64,000 bases of DNA, taken from the NCBI GenBank assembly GCA_009995545.1, contig JAACPI010000005.1, positions 28,244 through 92,243 on the forward strand, in the 5' to 3' direction. Shown here one piece after another: positions 38,575-49,390 of this stretch. Position numbers and translations under genes: made by a program. Below the pieces are notes generated by a model. That model saw only the letters and a program-made list of their open reading frames with translations, was not told the origin of the DNA and made no database searches. The DNA is from a bacterium. Lineage in GTDB: Bacteria > Patescibacteriota > WWE3 > 2-01-FULL-39-13 > JAACPI01. Within the stretch, counting starts at the first letter, position 1; every line of letters starts with the position of its first letter.

Positions 38575-39733
38575 AACTAAATTACCTAACATTTACTTTG
38601 GTTTAATACTTTTAAATTCCTCAGTTAGTTTTATATTACCAAATAGTTATGTTAGAGGGGTTTTAGTGGATTACCTTATTTTTAGAGTTTACTTAAATCA
38701 AATATTTATCTTTTTCTTAATTATTTTTTACTATAAATATTTAGTAGTTTATAAAAAAGAAATATTAACTTCTCTTGTTGTATTGGGTTTTTTTATTTTA
38801 GTATCTAATAACCCCTCAATTACTCTCTTGTACATTTTAAGAAGAATTATATACATTCCTTTTTTGTTTCTTTTATTCAGACTTAAAGAGTTTAAACCCT
38901 CTTTTAAATTTCTAATTTCTTTAAATATTCTTTACTTAACGGTTTTAGTACTGCAGTTTTTATTTAATTCCAATATTTTTTCTTATTTCCCTTTCGGGTT
39001 TTATCCTTTTCACGGAGTTGGGGTTAGACTAGACTACCTATCTTGGTTTGGTATTAAAAGAGTAATTCCTTTAGGTAATTTTCCTCATCCAAATGTCTTT
39101 GCGGCTTTTTTAAGTCTATTAAATACTGCTTACTTATCTCTATTTTTTAAATCTAAAAATAAAAATAATAACTACATTTTAATTTTATTTATATTTAATA
39201 TAACTGCCTGTCTCCTACTAGGATCCCTAACTGCCCTTTTATTTAATTTTCTTTTAGTTACCTACTTTTTATATATAAATAATAAATTTAAAATACTACC
39301 TTTTATACTGATTTTTATTTCTTTATTTTATATTTCTTATTTAGGGTCCTTTAAGATCACCTCTGTAAATTCTCGAGTAGATCAAATTAAGAGTGGTTAT
39401 TATTTGATTAAAAAAGCTCCTATTATTGGGGTTGGTGTAGGTAACTATATTCCTAGTATTTTAGAATATGAAAATTTTATAGGGGGAATATCTGATCTTC
39501 AACCTGTGCATAATATCTTTATTTTGTATTTTGTAGAGACAGGTTTTTTTGGATTAATTACCCTTCTATATTACTTATTTAAGTACAAAAATTTTTTAAA
39601 ATTGACTCCTTTTTTGCTTTTTATTATAGTTTTTAGTGCCTCAGACCATTTTTTGATTACTTTAAATCAAGGTTTGTTAATGCTTACATTGACTATATTT
39701 ATGCATAAATCTATCATTAAAGAAGATGCCTAA
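38552..39733 (+). CDS. O-antigen ligase family membrane protein
   Basis: FPHPNVFA, P..GVGVGNY, QPVHNIF...ETG, DHF; many TMs. Confidence 0.85.
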   Translation: MYLTKNFKTKLPNIYFGLILLNSSVSFILPNSYVRGVLVDYLIFRVYLNQIFIFFLIIFYYKYLVVYKKEILTSLVVLGFFILVSNNPSITLLYILRRIIYIPFLFLLFRLKEFKPSFKFLISLNILYLTVLVLQFLFNSNIFSYFPFGFYPFHGVGVRLDYLSWFGIKRVIPLGNFPHPNVFAAFLSLLNTAYLSLFFKSKNKNNNYILILFIFNITACLLLGSLTALLFNFLLVTYFLYINNKFKILPFILIFISLFYISYLGSFKITSVNSRVDQIKSGYYLIKKAPIIGVGVGNYIPSILEYENFIGGISDLQPVHNIFILYFVETGFFGLITLLYYLFKYKNFLKLTPFLLFIIVFSASDHFLITLNQGLLMLTLTIFMHKSIIKEDA

Positions 39734-41042
39734 TAAAATTACCTCAGTAGCTCTACTACTATTATCCTCATTTGTGCTTGGTGGGTGCAGTGTTTTAGGT
39801 TTTCATATCCCTTTTACTAGCAAAGATTCAGATACAGTTAAAACACCTAGCGAGCCTATTACTCTTACTTACTGGTCTTTGTTTGAGCCTTATGAGGTCT
39901 ACCAACCTTTAATTGAGGAATATCAGCAACAAAACCCTAATGTTACTATAAAATTCGAGCAGCGGAATTTTGATAACCTGTACACTTATAAAGATAGTCT
40001 TTTAGCAACTCTACAAACAGGTTCTAATAGTCCGGATATAGTGAGAATTCATGTGACTTGGCTACCTCTTTTTCAGAACAGCTTATCTCCTGCTCCCAGC
40101 AGTATAATTAGTTTTGATGAGTATTCTGCAGATTTTTATAACACAGCTGTTGAAAATACTATATTAAATGGAAAAATTTATGCTGTTCCCTTAATGTTCG
40201 ATTCCTTATCCTTATTTTATAACAAGGATATTTTTGCTCAGAAAAATTTAAATCCACCAACTACTTGGTCAGACTTTTTAGATACCTCCGTAAATTTAAC
40301 TGTTTCTAATTCCGGTCAAATATCTCAGTCGGGGGCTGCTTTTGGTTCTGCAGAAAATGTAGCATTTTTTTCGGATATAATCGGTTTGTTGTTACGACAG
40401 AGTAATATACAGCTTCCTAAAGACTTTAAATCACCAGCATTTAGAGACACTATTTTATTTTATACAAACTTTGTTAAGGAGTCTGGTGTTTGGAATCGAG
40501 AGCAAGCCTACTCACCTTTAGCTTTTTCTCAAGGGCGTACTGCTATGATGTTTGGAACTAGTTGGTCTCTTTTAGATATTTTACAAAAGACACCTAACCT
40601 AAAAGTTGGTGTTGCGCCAGTTCCTCAAGTTGTTTCTGACTCTAAACTTACAGAAATAAATTACTCTACTTATTGGGTAGAAAGCGTAGCTAGCTCCTCT
40701 AAAAATAAAGAAGAATCCTGGAAATTTATAAAATGGTTATCTCAGCCCGAGCAATTGCGAAAAGTTTATTCTAAGGCTTCTGATACTAGAACCTTTGGAG
40801 AGCCTTATCCTAGAGTATCTATGCAAGGTGAGTTAGTTAGCAACCCTTACCTTTCACCCTTTTTCGTTTACGCTCAAAATTCAGATACTATGCCTATTTC
40901 GGATAGATCCGGAAACAATAATTATGTGGATATTTTTAAAAATATTGTTGAGGGAGTGTTAAATGGCGGAGACCTAGATTCTTTAATAGATACTGCCGAA
41001 AAAGAATATAACCGGGTCTCTGGTTTTGTTCCTACCAACTAA
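39726..41042 (+). CDS. sugar ABC-type extracellular solute-binding lipoprotein
   Basis: lipobox LGGC; PDI, YAVPL..D.L.LFYNKD, PPTTW, W.FIKWL. Confidence 0.88.
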   Translation: MPNKITSVALLLLSSFVLGGCSVLGFHIPFTSKDSDTVKTPSEPITLTYWSLFEPYEVYQPLIEEYQQQNPNVTIKFEQRNFDNLYTYKDSLLATLQTGSNSPDIVRIHVTWLPLFQNSLSPAPSSIISFDEYSADFYNTAVENTILNGKIYAVPLMFDSLSLFYNKDIFAQKNLNPPTTWSDFLDTSVNLTVSNSGQISQSGAAFGSAENVAFFSDIIGLLLRQSNIQLPKDFKSPAFRDTILFYTNFVKESGVWNREQAYSPLAFSQGRTAMMFGTSWSLLDILQKTPNLKVGVAPVPQVVSDSKLTEINYSTYWVESVASSSKNKEESWKFIKWLSQPEQLRKVYSKASDTRTFGEPYPRVSMQGELVSNPYLSPFFVYAQNSDTMPISDRSGNNNYVDIFKNIVEGVLNGGDLDSLIDTAEKEYNRVSGFVPTN

Positions 41043-41084
41043 ACTCATTTTCTAATCTATCTTTTTATCCTATATAATAGCTCT

Positions 41085-42125
41085 ATGTTAATTTTGGCCA
41101 TCGAAACCAGCTGTGATGAAACTTCTGCAAGTGTAGTTAAAGACGGTATTGAAGTTTTGTCTAATGTTGTTTCTACTTCAAGTAATTTGTTTGAAGAAAC
41201 TGGGGGAGTTGTTCCTGAAGTAGCTGCGAGAAAACAGGTTGAATATATAGTTCCCGTAATTCAAAAAGCTTTGGCGAAGGCTAGTTTAGATATAGAACAA
41301 ATAGATAGTTTAGCAGTTACAGTTGGTCCTGGTCTTGTTGGGTCTTTACTGGTGGGAGTTACTGCGGTTAAAACATTGTCCTTTATTTATAACAAACCTG
41401 TAATACCCGTTAATCACCTACTTGGACATGTTTATTCTGTCTTTATAACCGAATATTTAGGTAAAACTGTGCAGCCTAAAAAACCAGATTTCCCGAATTT
41501 AGTATTAGTGGCTTCTGGGGGCCACACTGATCTAATTTTATTAAACGATAGAACCCAGGTCGAGTACTTGGGTGGTACAAGAGATGACGCCTGCGGAGAA
41601 GCGTTTGATAAAGTTGCGAGGGTTGTGGGCTTATCAAATTACTTAGGTGGTCCCATTTTGTCTAAAACTGCACTAGGGTCCGTAAAAAAATACGACTTTA
41701 GTTTTCCCCGACCCATGTTAAATTCGGGTACTTACGATTTTTCTTTCTCAGGCTTAAAAACCGCTGTGATAAATTATCTACAGTTTGATTTACAAGGTAG
41801 AAAATTAAACAAAGGCGAAGTTGCTAATGTATGTAAAGAATTTGAAGATTCTGTTACAGAAGTACTTTTAACTAAAACTCTAAAGGCTTTTAATGAATTT
41901 AATCCAAAATCGATTTCGGTTGTTGGTGGGGTGTCTGCAAATTCCAAATTACGAAACGTTTTTACTAAAGAGTTCGGAGATAAATTATTTTTACCCCCCC
42001 TGTCTTTGTGTGGTGATAATGCTGCGATGATAGGTTGCGCAGCTTACTATTTACAAGATTTATCTACAAGGGACTTGTCTACTTTAGATGCAAACCCCGG
42101 CCTCAGCCTTGAAATTTTAGGGTAG
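41085..42125 (+). CDS. tsaD: tRNA N6-adenosine threonylcarbamoyltransferase
   Basis: LAIETSCDET, GGVVPEVA, NHLLGH, SGGHT, DDACGEAFDK, FSFSGLKT, DNAAMI. Confidence 0.97.
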   Translation: MLILAIETSCDETSASVVKDGIEVLSNVVSTSSNLFEETGGVVPEVAARKQVEYIVPVIQKALAKASLDIEQIDSLAVTVGPGLVGSLLVGVTAVKTLSFIYNKPVIPVNHLLGHVYSVFITEYLGKTVQPKKPDFPNLVLVASGGHTDLILLNDRTQVEYLGGTRDDACGEAFDKVARVVGLSNYLGGPILSKTALGSVKKYDFSFPRPMLNSGTYDFSFSGLKTAVINYLQFDLQGRKLNKGEVANVCKEFEDSVTEVLLTKTLKAFNEFNPKSISVVGGVSANSKLRNVFTKEFGDKLFLPPLSLCGDNAAMIGCAAYYLQDLSTRDLSTLDANPGLSLEILG

Positions 42126-42143
42126 GGTGATAAAATCTCCGTA

Positions 42144-42365
42144 CAGTAATGATTTGGATTTAATGTCACCAAATTTTTCCTAAAGGATGCTGGGGGAAGA
42201 AATTTTAAAATATTATTTTAAAATACTAGAACCCCTCGAGTTTAAATGGCGTCGAAACAGCCTTAAGAGTGTTTTAGAAGTATTTCTAAAAAAATAGAGT
42301 GGTACCGCGAAAAGCCTTTCGTCTCTATACTAGTATTTATAGTATAAAGTCGAGAGGCTTTTTTT
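42144..42365 (+). ncRNA. T-box riboswitch leader of valS
   Basis: antiterminator ATAGAG-TGGTACC-GCGAAA...TTTCGT-CTCTAT; overlapping terminator AGCCTTTCG...CGAGAGGCT + T run; Stem II GGGG/CCCC; candidate specifier GTC 42165-42167. Confidence 0.85.
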
Positions 42366-42376
42366 GTTTTTAAAAT

Positions 42377-44650
42377 ATGGAAAAAATATATAACCACAAA
42401 GAAATAGAAAATAAAATGTATCAACTTTGGGAAGAAAAAAATGCTTTTTCTCCTGAGAAAGTTATTAAACTTCGAAACCCAAAAAACATAGGTGAGCCTT
42501 ATTCTATTTTAATGCCCCCTCCAAACGCCAATGCCCCCCTGCACTGCGGTCACGCTACCTACGCCATTCAAGACTTAATGGCTAGGTTTAAACGTATGCA
42601 AGGTTTTGATGTTTGCTATTTTCCAGGCACTGACCATGCTGGTTTTGAAACCCAGTATGTTTATGAAAACAAGTTAAAAAAAGAGGGCAAAAGTAGGTTT
42701 GATTACGACCGTCAAACTCTTTACAGTTTGGTTTTAAATTTTGTTAAATTAAACAGTGATTTGGCTATAAACCAACTTAAAAAAATCGGAATAAGTGCCG
42801 ACTGGAGGAGAAATACTTTCATGCTTGATAAGAAGGTAGTAGATAGGGTTTATAAAACTTTTATCAAAATGCATAAAGAGGGGCTAATTTACAGAGACGG
42901 CTATATGGTAAACTACTCGACTTTTTATGGTACCACTTTTAGTGATCTAGAAACGGAATACAAGGACTCAGTTTCTCCTTTATATTATATAAAATACTCA
43001 GTTAAAGGCACCGAGGAATCTATAACAGTAGCTACAGTAAGACCGGAAACTATTTATGCTGACGTAGCTATAGCAGTAAATCCTAAGGATAATAGATATA
43101 AAAAGTATGTTGATAAGGTTGTTATTAATCCCTTAAACGGACGAGAAATGCCTATTATCCAAGATGAGTATGTAGATATTGATTTTGGAACAGGGGCTCT
43201 AAAAATTACTCCCGGGCACGATATAAACGATTACAAGATAGGTAAAAAACATAATTTAGAGATTATTTCTTTAATAGATTTAGACGGTAAGTTAAATGAA
43301 TTAGCAAAAGATTGTGCGGGTCTTTACCCCAACCAGGCCAGAGTTAAGTCTGTGGAGATTTTAAAGAAAAAGGGGGCACTTGCTAAAGTAGATGAAGCTT
43401 ATGAAAATAGGGTGCTTATAGACTATAAAGATGGAAGACCTATCGAACCTATGATACTTCCCAATTGGTTTATAAATATGGAACAACTTTCAGAGGCGGC
43501 TATAAAATCGGTTGAAAACGAGGATATAAAGTTTAATAAAAAACTTTGGAAGAACGAAATCTTACGGTGGTTAAAAGAAAAAAAACCCTGGCCAATAAGT
43601 AGACAAACTATATTTGGTATAAGCATACCTGTTTGGTACCCTATTGAAGATAACGATAATCTACAAGTAACCTTTATTAACTCAAAAGGTGAGTCTAAGT
43701 TTGGAAGCATTAAATCTTTATTATCTATTTACAACTTAAAAGAAATAGAAGATGGGTTGCAAAAGGTAATTGTTCCTGCCAACGCAAAATATGTAGTTTC
43801 TGTAGATAAACCTGGTGATGGAAAACAATATTTACCTGAAACAGACACCTTTGATACCTGGTTTAGTAGTGGCCAGTGGCCTTTTACCACAACAGGGTTT
43901 CCAGATTCTAGTGATTTTAAAAAGTATTTTCCTACAAGTTTTATGGACTCTATGTGGGATATTATGTTTTTTTGGATAGCTAGAATGTTAATGTTTAGTC
44001 TCTATCTAACAAAAGATAGCAAAAAGGGTTCTCAAGTTCCTTTTAAAAATGTTTATTTTCACGGTGCAATCGCAGATAAGAGTGGTAAAAAAATGAGCAA
44101 GAGTAAGGGAAATACTATTGATCCTTTAGAATTTGTAGAAAAGTACGGAGCAGATGCTCTGCGTATGGGGATTTTAGTTGGTGGTAACACTGCTTCTAGG
44201 TACTCTCCTTTAGATGAAGACAAAGTTAGGGGGTATCGAAATTTTGCAAATAAAATTTGGAATGTAGCTAGGTTTATACAAATTAGCGAAGAAAATGCGG
44301 CTGTCCCATTTGGGATAGAGTTAACAGATAAAACTTTAAGATCGGAAGATATTAAAATACTTACTGATTGTAGTGCCCTTGTAGAGTCTGTAACTTCAAA
44401 ATTGAATAAGTATAACTTTAAGCTTGCCGGGGAGGAAATTTATGAGTTTATCTGGAATAGACTAGCAAATCAGTATTTAGAAGAAATTAAAGATCGAAAG
44501 GATATAACTGCAAAAAGAACGCTAAAAGAAGTATTTAGTATTTGTCTAAAATTACTTCATCCTTTTATGCCTTTTGTAACTGAGGCAGCTTGGCAAGAAT
44601 TAAAACAAAAGGGGGATTTAGATTTAATAGTTTCTAATTGGCCCAACTAA
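42377..44650 (+). CDS. valS: valine--tRNA ligase
   Basis: PPPNANAPLHCGHA, GTDHAG, FGTGALKITPGHD, WPISRQ, DTWFSS, KMSKSKGN. Confidence 0.96.
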   Translation: MEKIYNHKEIENKMYQLWEEKNAFSPEKVIKLRNPKNIGEPYSILMPPPNANAPLHCGHATYAIQDLMARFKRMQGFDVCYFPGTDHAGFETQYVYENKLKKEGKSRFDYDRQTLYSLVLNFVKLNSDLAINQLKKIGISADWRRNTFMLDKKVVDRVYKTFIKMHKEGLIYRDGYMVNYSTFYGTTFSDLETEYKDSVSPLYYIKYSVKGTEESITVATVRPETIYADVAIAVNPKDNRYKKYVDKVVINPLNGREMPIIQDEYVDIDFGTGALKITPGHDINDYKIGKKHNLEIISLIDLDGKLNELAKDCAGLYPNQARVKSVEILKKKGALAKVDEAYENRVLIDYKDGRPIEPMILPNWFINMEQLSEAAIKSVENEDIKFNKKLWKNEILRWLKEKKPWPISRQTIFGISIPVWYPIEDNDNLQVTFINSKGESKFGSIKSLLSIYNLKEIEDGLQKVIVPANAKYVVSVDKPGDGKQYLPETDTFDTWFSSGQWPFTTTGFPDSSDFKKYFPTSFMDSMWDIMFFWIARMLMFSLYLTKDSKKGSQVPFKNVYFHGAIADKSGKKMSKSKGNTIDPLEFVEKYGADALRMGILVGGNTASRYSPLDEDKVRGYRNFANKIWNVARFIQISEENAAVPFGIELTDKTLRSEDIKILTDCSALVESVTSKLNKYNFKLAGEEIYEFIWNRLANQYLEEIKDRKDITAKRTLKEVFSICLKLLHPFMPFVTEAAWQELKQKGDLDLIVSNWPN

Positions 44651-44738
44651 GATTTAGGTTATAGATCTTGGGGTTTAGCGAGCAAGTTTAGTATACGAGT
44701 GTTCGGGAATTTATTGCAAAATGCAAGATATTCCAACT

Positions 44739-45458
44739 TTACTTATCTTCTTTATCCTTTTTTTCCTCTTTTGCCTTTTCTGTTTTCTTTTCCCCTTCTT
44801 TCCCTTCTTCTCCTTCTTCTTCTTTATCTTTTTGCTCTGTAACTTCGATATCGTCAACATCCATAGGCTCTTCCTCCTCTACTTCTAGCATTTCAGCGTA
44901 GTCAAGCTTGGCTATAACTGCTTCTTTATCTTCTACTAAAAGAGTTACTTTAGTCGTATCTATATATTTTTCTAATTCCACTACTGTAAGCACATCTTCT
45001 ATTTCTTTTAATCCCTCTATAGAAACTTCAATTTGGTGTGGTATATCTCTTGGCAAAGCCTCTATTTCTACCTCATCAAAAAGAACAATTAATATAGCTT
45101 TACCATTTTTAATTAGAGGATGGGTTTCTTCTCCTGTGTAAGTAACTGGTACTGATACTTTAACAGTTTCTGTTAAATCTACTTCTTGAAATCCTACATG
45201 AATAGGTGATTCTAGAACTGGATCATACTGCAATTCTTTTATCAAAACAGGTCTTGGAGTTTTTTCGCCAACAACATTTATGTCAATAATTTCAGTTTCC
45301 CCTGCCTTAGAAAAAGCTTTAATGAAGTCTTTTAAAACTAACTCTATTGAAAGAGATTCTTTACCCTTGCTAAATATAACTGCAGGTAAAATCCCCTCTC
45401 TTCTAAGTTTTTTAACTTTACTTCCTAGAACTTCTCTTTTTTTTACTTCAAGCTTCAT
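44739..45458 (-). CDS. rplY: 50S ribosomal protein L25/Ctc
   Basis: LRREGILPAV, VLIKELQYDP....IHV.F, EALP.DIP..IEV; acidic tail. Confidence 0.94.
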   Translation of the reverse strand: MKLEVKKREVLGSKVKKLRREGILPAVIFSKGKESLSIELVLKDFIKAFSKAGETEIIDINVVGEKTPRPVLIKELQYDPVLESPIHVGFQEVDLTETVKVSVPVTYTGEETHPLIKNGKAILIVLFDEVEIEALPRDIPHQIEVSIEGLKEIEDVLTVVELEKYIDTTKVTLLVEDKEAVIAKLDYAEMLEVEEEEPMDVDDIEVTEQKDKEEEGEEGKEGEKKTEKAKEEKKDKEDK

Positions 45459-45543
45459 AAAAGGTTTATATAATGATGTATTTGAACGTAGTTGATTTTA
45501 ACTTCTTTTTCGTTTAAATACAAGGAAATTCTGTTAGTAAGCT

Positions 45544-47958
45544 TTATTCTTCCTCAATTATAAAATCTTTATTAATTATATAGTCTTTTTCAAATACTTT
45601 TTTGTCTGGAATATTTAATAAGATTTTAAAGCTGTAGTCCTTGGCACCAGGCTGTTTTTGTACCTTTAACCGGTAGGGACTTTCTAAAAATACTGGGTCC
45701 TTTACTTCGTAAGACAGGGTTACGAAAATTTCTTCTAAAGGTCTTACTGTAAATGGGATATAGACTACATTCACATTGTTGACTTTTTTAACAAAGATAT
45801 TTCTAGTAATGTCTATTTCCTTTGAGGTGTCTATCTGCTTAACTTTTGCCCCTGTTACAAAACTTGATTCTGGTATGCCGATATTTAAATAACCTTGATA
45901 GTCTCCATAGGGCCAATTATAGTTATTACTAAAGTTTGAGATTGTAATAAATAGGTCATTAGATTTAATGCCTCTTCTTTGATCGTAGTTTACGTTAAGC
46001 TCAACTTTTTTTTCAGTTTTTTTATTAACTTTATTTTCTCCTAGATTACTTTCTAAAATGTATAAGTAATCTTTGGTTTTATCTCGATTAACAACATTTC
46101 CGTCTAATTCCAAATTTTGTATTACTCTTTGATAATCTAAATTTTTTGCATTAATTACAATATCTTTACTCTCCAAAATTTGTAATAAATTTAACACCAG
46201 ATTTAAACTCATTTTGTCCTTCGTACTTAGCTTTTCTAAAACCTTACTGCCCAGTAGAGTTATAAAATTTTTCTTTTGAGTACTGCCTTCGTAGTAATTC
46301 TTTTCAGAATAAGTTTGTGCAAGAGTATCAAAATTTTCTGCCGTTACTTCTTCATTGTAGGTAGCCAGCTTTATGGGGCCGGTTATTTCCAAAAGTTTTT
46401 TTAGGCTATTAAGATTTACATACACTACGTAATCCAGCTTTAAATCTAGTGCTTTTTCAAAGTAAGCAGTTACTATTTCATCTCTTTGACTAGCTTCTAG
46501 AATTAAATTGGCATCCCTTGTGTACAAATAGTCGGTTTTAATAAAATTCATATACTCTTTGGGCATTTCTAAAAGTATGTTTTTATACTTTTCTTCTAGA
46601 GTTCCGTCTATGTTATAAATATCGTCAAAAATGTAATCGGTTATCTTCAAATTTTTAGTTTTAACGATTGCATAAGACCCTATAAACCCTCCAGAGGGTC
46701 TAAGTTCATTCGAATTTTGGATAAGTACTAAAGCTGTTTGCTCTGTTTTAGTATCGGGGTACAAAGATAGTAACTCCAGGTACTTAGTTTTTTCTTGTAG
46801 ACCGTCAATAAGCTCCCTTTTACTGTTAAATAAGTCTCTCTCTAGGGGAGTTAAAAAATAAAGTGAGTCAATTTCTTGTGCATAATCTATGGCCTTTGTG
46901 CTTATACCCATAACTGAGGATATTGTTTCTTTATCTAACGTGCCTTTGGACTCTAAATCTCTATTTGTTAAATTTAAGGCACTTAGTGCATAATAAATGG
47001 CGTTGTAGGTGTTTTGGTAGTTCTCTCCAACTTTTGTGGGCATAGAAACAGCTCTTAGTTTATTTGCATAAAGGGTGGCCTTTTCAAAGTCCCCCGATTT
47101 TAGGCTTTTATATAAATAGTAGTTGTCTAGTCCCAAGTCCAAGGCACTTAAGAAACCTACAAAAACTAAAGCTATTATTAGTGTTTTAATTATTGAAAAA
47201 GTAGTTTTTACCCCTGATTTAAGCTGTATTTTAGGTAAGGAAAGCTTTAATTTTAGCTTACCCTTTTTTTTAACTTTTTTCGTCGGTAGAAAATCTTTGT
47301 TTAAGGTGGTTTTAATATAGGTACCTATTGTTGTTTCTGGTTTAAAACCAATTATTTTATTTGTCTCTACTTCAATTATTTTTTCGCTAAATTTATCTTT
47401 AAAGTTTTCTAATGGTTCTACAGAAAATTCGTAGTGTTCTGCAAGCCTACTAATAATTTCTCCTTCCCTTACTTTATTTAGGGTTATGTTAAAAATTTCA
47501 CCTGAAACATTAGTTTTAATTATTTTTTCTATAGATCTTATTAGGTCTTGTAAACTAATAAAATACCTAAATTGGTCTCCATCGCTATACGAAATCTTTT
47601 TGCCTGATCTGATCTCCCTTATTAGGTTGTTGATGTAGCTTTTATTTTCTTCTAAAAGAGCCCCTGCCCTTATTGTATTTACTTTCTTACCCTTTTTGCT
47701 GTATGTTTTGCCAATTTTTTCTAGTAGTTCAAACTCCCTTCCATAATCAAACCCTCCTAGAGATTTAAGGTGTCTGATTTTAGATAATAAAATAACTTGG
47801 CCGTTAGGGTGGATGCCAAAAAAATCATTTATTTTTGACCCGATTTCTCTAGAGGTATTTTTAGGGTTAATTTCTTGTACCAAAACTTCGTATGAGGTGT
47901 TAATCCTATTTAATTGTTCTTTAAGAACTTTACTGGTGATGTTTACTGGTTTAATCAT
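45544..47958 (-). CDS. DUF4012 domain membrane protein
   Basis: LIQNSNELRPSGGFIGSY, RDAN, NLGENKVN, QKQPG. Confidence 0.85.
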   Translation of the reverse strand: MIKPVNITSKVLKEQLNRINTSYEVLVQEINPKNTSREIGSKINDFFGIHPNGQVILLSKIRHLKSLGGFDYGREFELLEKIGKTYSKKGKKVNTIRAGALLEENKSYINNLIREIRSGKKISYSDGDQFRYFISLQDLIRSIEKIIKTNVSGEIFNITLNKVREGEIISRLAEHYEFSVEPLENFKDKFSEKIIEVETNKIIGFKPETTIGTYIKTTLNKDFLPTKKVKKKGKLKLKLSLPKIQLKSGVKTTFSIIKTLIIALVFVGFLSALDLGLDNYYLYKSLKSGDFEKATLYANKLRAVSMPTKVGENYQNTYNAIYYALSALNLTNRDLESKGTLDKETISSVMGISTKAIDYAQEIDSLYFLTPLERDLFNSKRELIDGLQEKTKYLELLSLYPDTKTEQTALVLIQNSNELRPSGGFIGSYAIVKTKNLKITDYIFDDIYNIDGTLEEKYKNILLEMPKEYMNFIKTDYLYTRDANLILEASQRDEIVTAYFEKALDLKLDYVVYVNLNSLKKLLEITGPIKLATYNEEVTAENFDTLAQTYSEKNYYEGSTQKKNFITLLGSKVLEKLSTKDKMSLNLVLNLLQILESKDIVINAKNLDYQRVIQNLELDGNVVNRDKTKDYLYILESNLGENKVNKKTEKKVELNVNYDQRRGIKSNDLFITISNFSNNYNWPYGDYQGYLNIGIPESSFVTGAKVKQIDTSKEIDITRNIFVKKVNNVNVVYIPFTVRPLEEIFVTLSYEVKDPVFLESPYRLKVQKQPGAKDYSFKILLNIPDKKVFEKDYIINKDFIIEEE

Positions 47959-48885
47959 GGCAAGTTATTTACTGCTGTAATTTTAGCATTTGGCGTAGCT
48001 AAGGTCATTATTTACATTTTTACATCAAATAACTATAAGACATCGTGTTTTAATGCTATAAGTCTTTATAGGGGGTATATTGCTTTAAATAAGCATTTAA
48101 AGTGTATGTGGATAAATTCTAATAAGTATGTGGAAACTTTTGTAGTGAAGAGTCAAAAAGTAAATTAAAATAGAGTTATTAACTACTTAAGATTACTTTT
48201 TCCCCTCAAATATATAAATTTTGTGGTAAATTAAGCATTAAAGACTCTGCTTGCAACGACTGTACGCAAAGTTTATTTTTTAATTATGCTTTTATATGCC
48301 CTGTTTGCCAGCAAAAGTCTTTAGAGGGTTATACACACGATTTTTGTAGACAAAGTAGACCACTCCTTCCTGACTCCCTTATAACTCCTTATAGCTACTC
48401 TGAATTGGTTAGAGAGGCTTTTTAGCCTAAGCATTGCAAAAACAGAAGTTGTTTTAATAGATTCTCTGGTAAATTATTTAAACCCTCACTAGGAGCAGTT
48501 TAACTTAAATAATTTAAGTGGCGATACGGCGACTTTTGTGCCCCCAGACCATCAAAGGCTTAAAGAACGGGGCTTTTCTTTGCCGCGAATAATTTGCAAC
48601 AAAAGGAGTAAGAATTTAAATATTAATTCAGAAGTATCCTTAAAAAAGACAAAATCTACAAGTGCTTTAAGCCTTCAAAACAGGGCAAAACGAAAAGAAT
48701 TGGTTAAAAATTGTTATAGCGTCACTGCTTCTTCTATCCCCAAAAAAGTATTTTTAATAGACGTACAGGTTCGACTCTTTTAGAAAATACTGGGGTATTA
48801 AAAAAGATCGGGGGCAAAAAGCGTTGTGTGCTTTGCCTTAGCTTATAACCCTTTTAAATTTATAGAACAAAACTTAAATTAAAGG

Positions 48886-49302
48886 TTATAAAACTACTAG
48901 TATTAGCGCGAAGGCTAGCATGATTACTAACTGAAATCCTGCATCCACTAAAAACAGAGCTACACTTTTTCTTTGGTACAAAACATTAATTCCAGTTGTT
49001 GTTGCTACAAAGCCTATCCACAATACAAAGGCTAGCATTAGTGCATCTAAAACTTCTGTTAATCCCATTATGGTTATAAAGTAGTTTAGAATATTCGCCA
49101 TAACTAAGGACAATACAAAAGATCCTGCAACAGCTAGATTCATTCCTGGAATTCTTCCATTTTTATCTTTTTTTAAACCCAACTCTTTTTGCCAGATATC
49201 TCCAAAAATTGCAGGGGAATACCACAAGATTCCTATCAATATAAAGCTAACCCCAGACATTAATAACGGAAATATATTTTGAAAAAATAGTGTTGTATTC
49301 AT
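48886..49302 (-). CDS. DUF1761 family membrane protein
   Basis: G.LWYSP.IFG..W, LWIGF, LF.VDAGFQL; start ATG 6 nt after TATACT. Confidence 0.85.
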   Translation of the reverse strand: MNTTLFFQNIFPLLMSGVSFILIGILWYSPAIFGDIWQKELGLKKDKNGRIPGMNLAVAGSFVLSLVMANILNYFITIMGLTEVLDALMLAFVLWIGFVATTTGINVLYQRKSVALFLVDAGFQLVIMLAFALILVVL

Positions 49303-49390
49303 AAGCAGAGTATAGCTAACTAAAAACAAAATGTCACTTTTGAAAACCCGAGACTTATAAAATAATACAATGGTAGAATTCATTTAATAT

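Noticed and set aside
44669-44734. stretch resembling a tRNA-Pro 5' half (GGGGTTTAGCG...GTTCGGGA)
   Set aside because: no anticodon stem, T arm or acceptor pairing; the nearby hairpin is more simply a terminator between convergent valS and rplY
48538-48783. 81-aa ORF in the long gap
   Set aside because: GTG start, no motif or clear initiation signal
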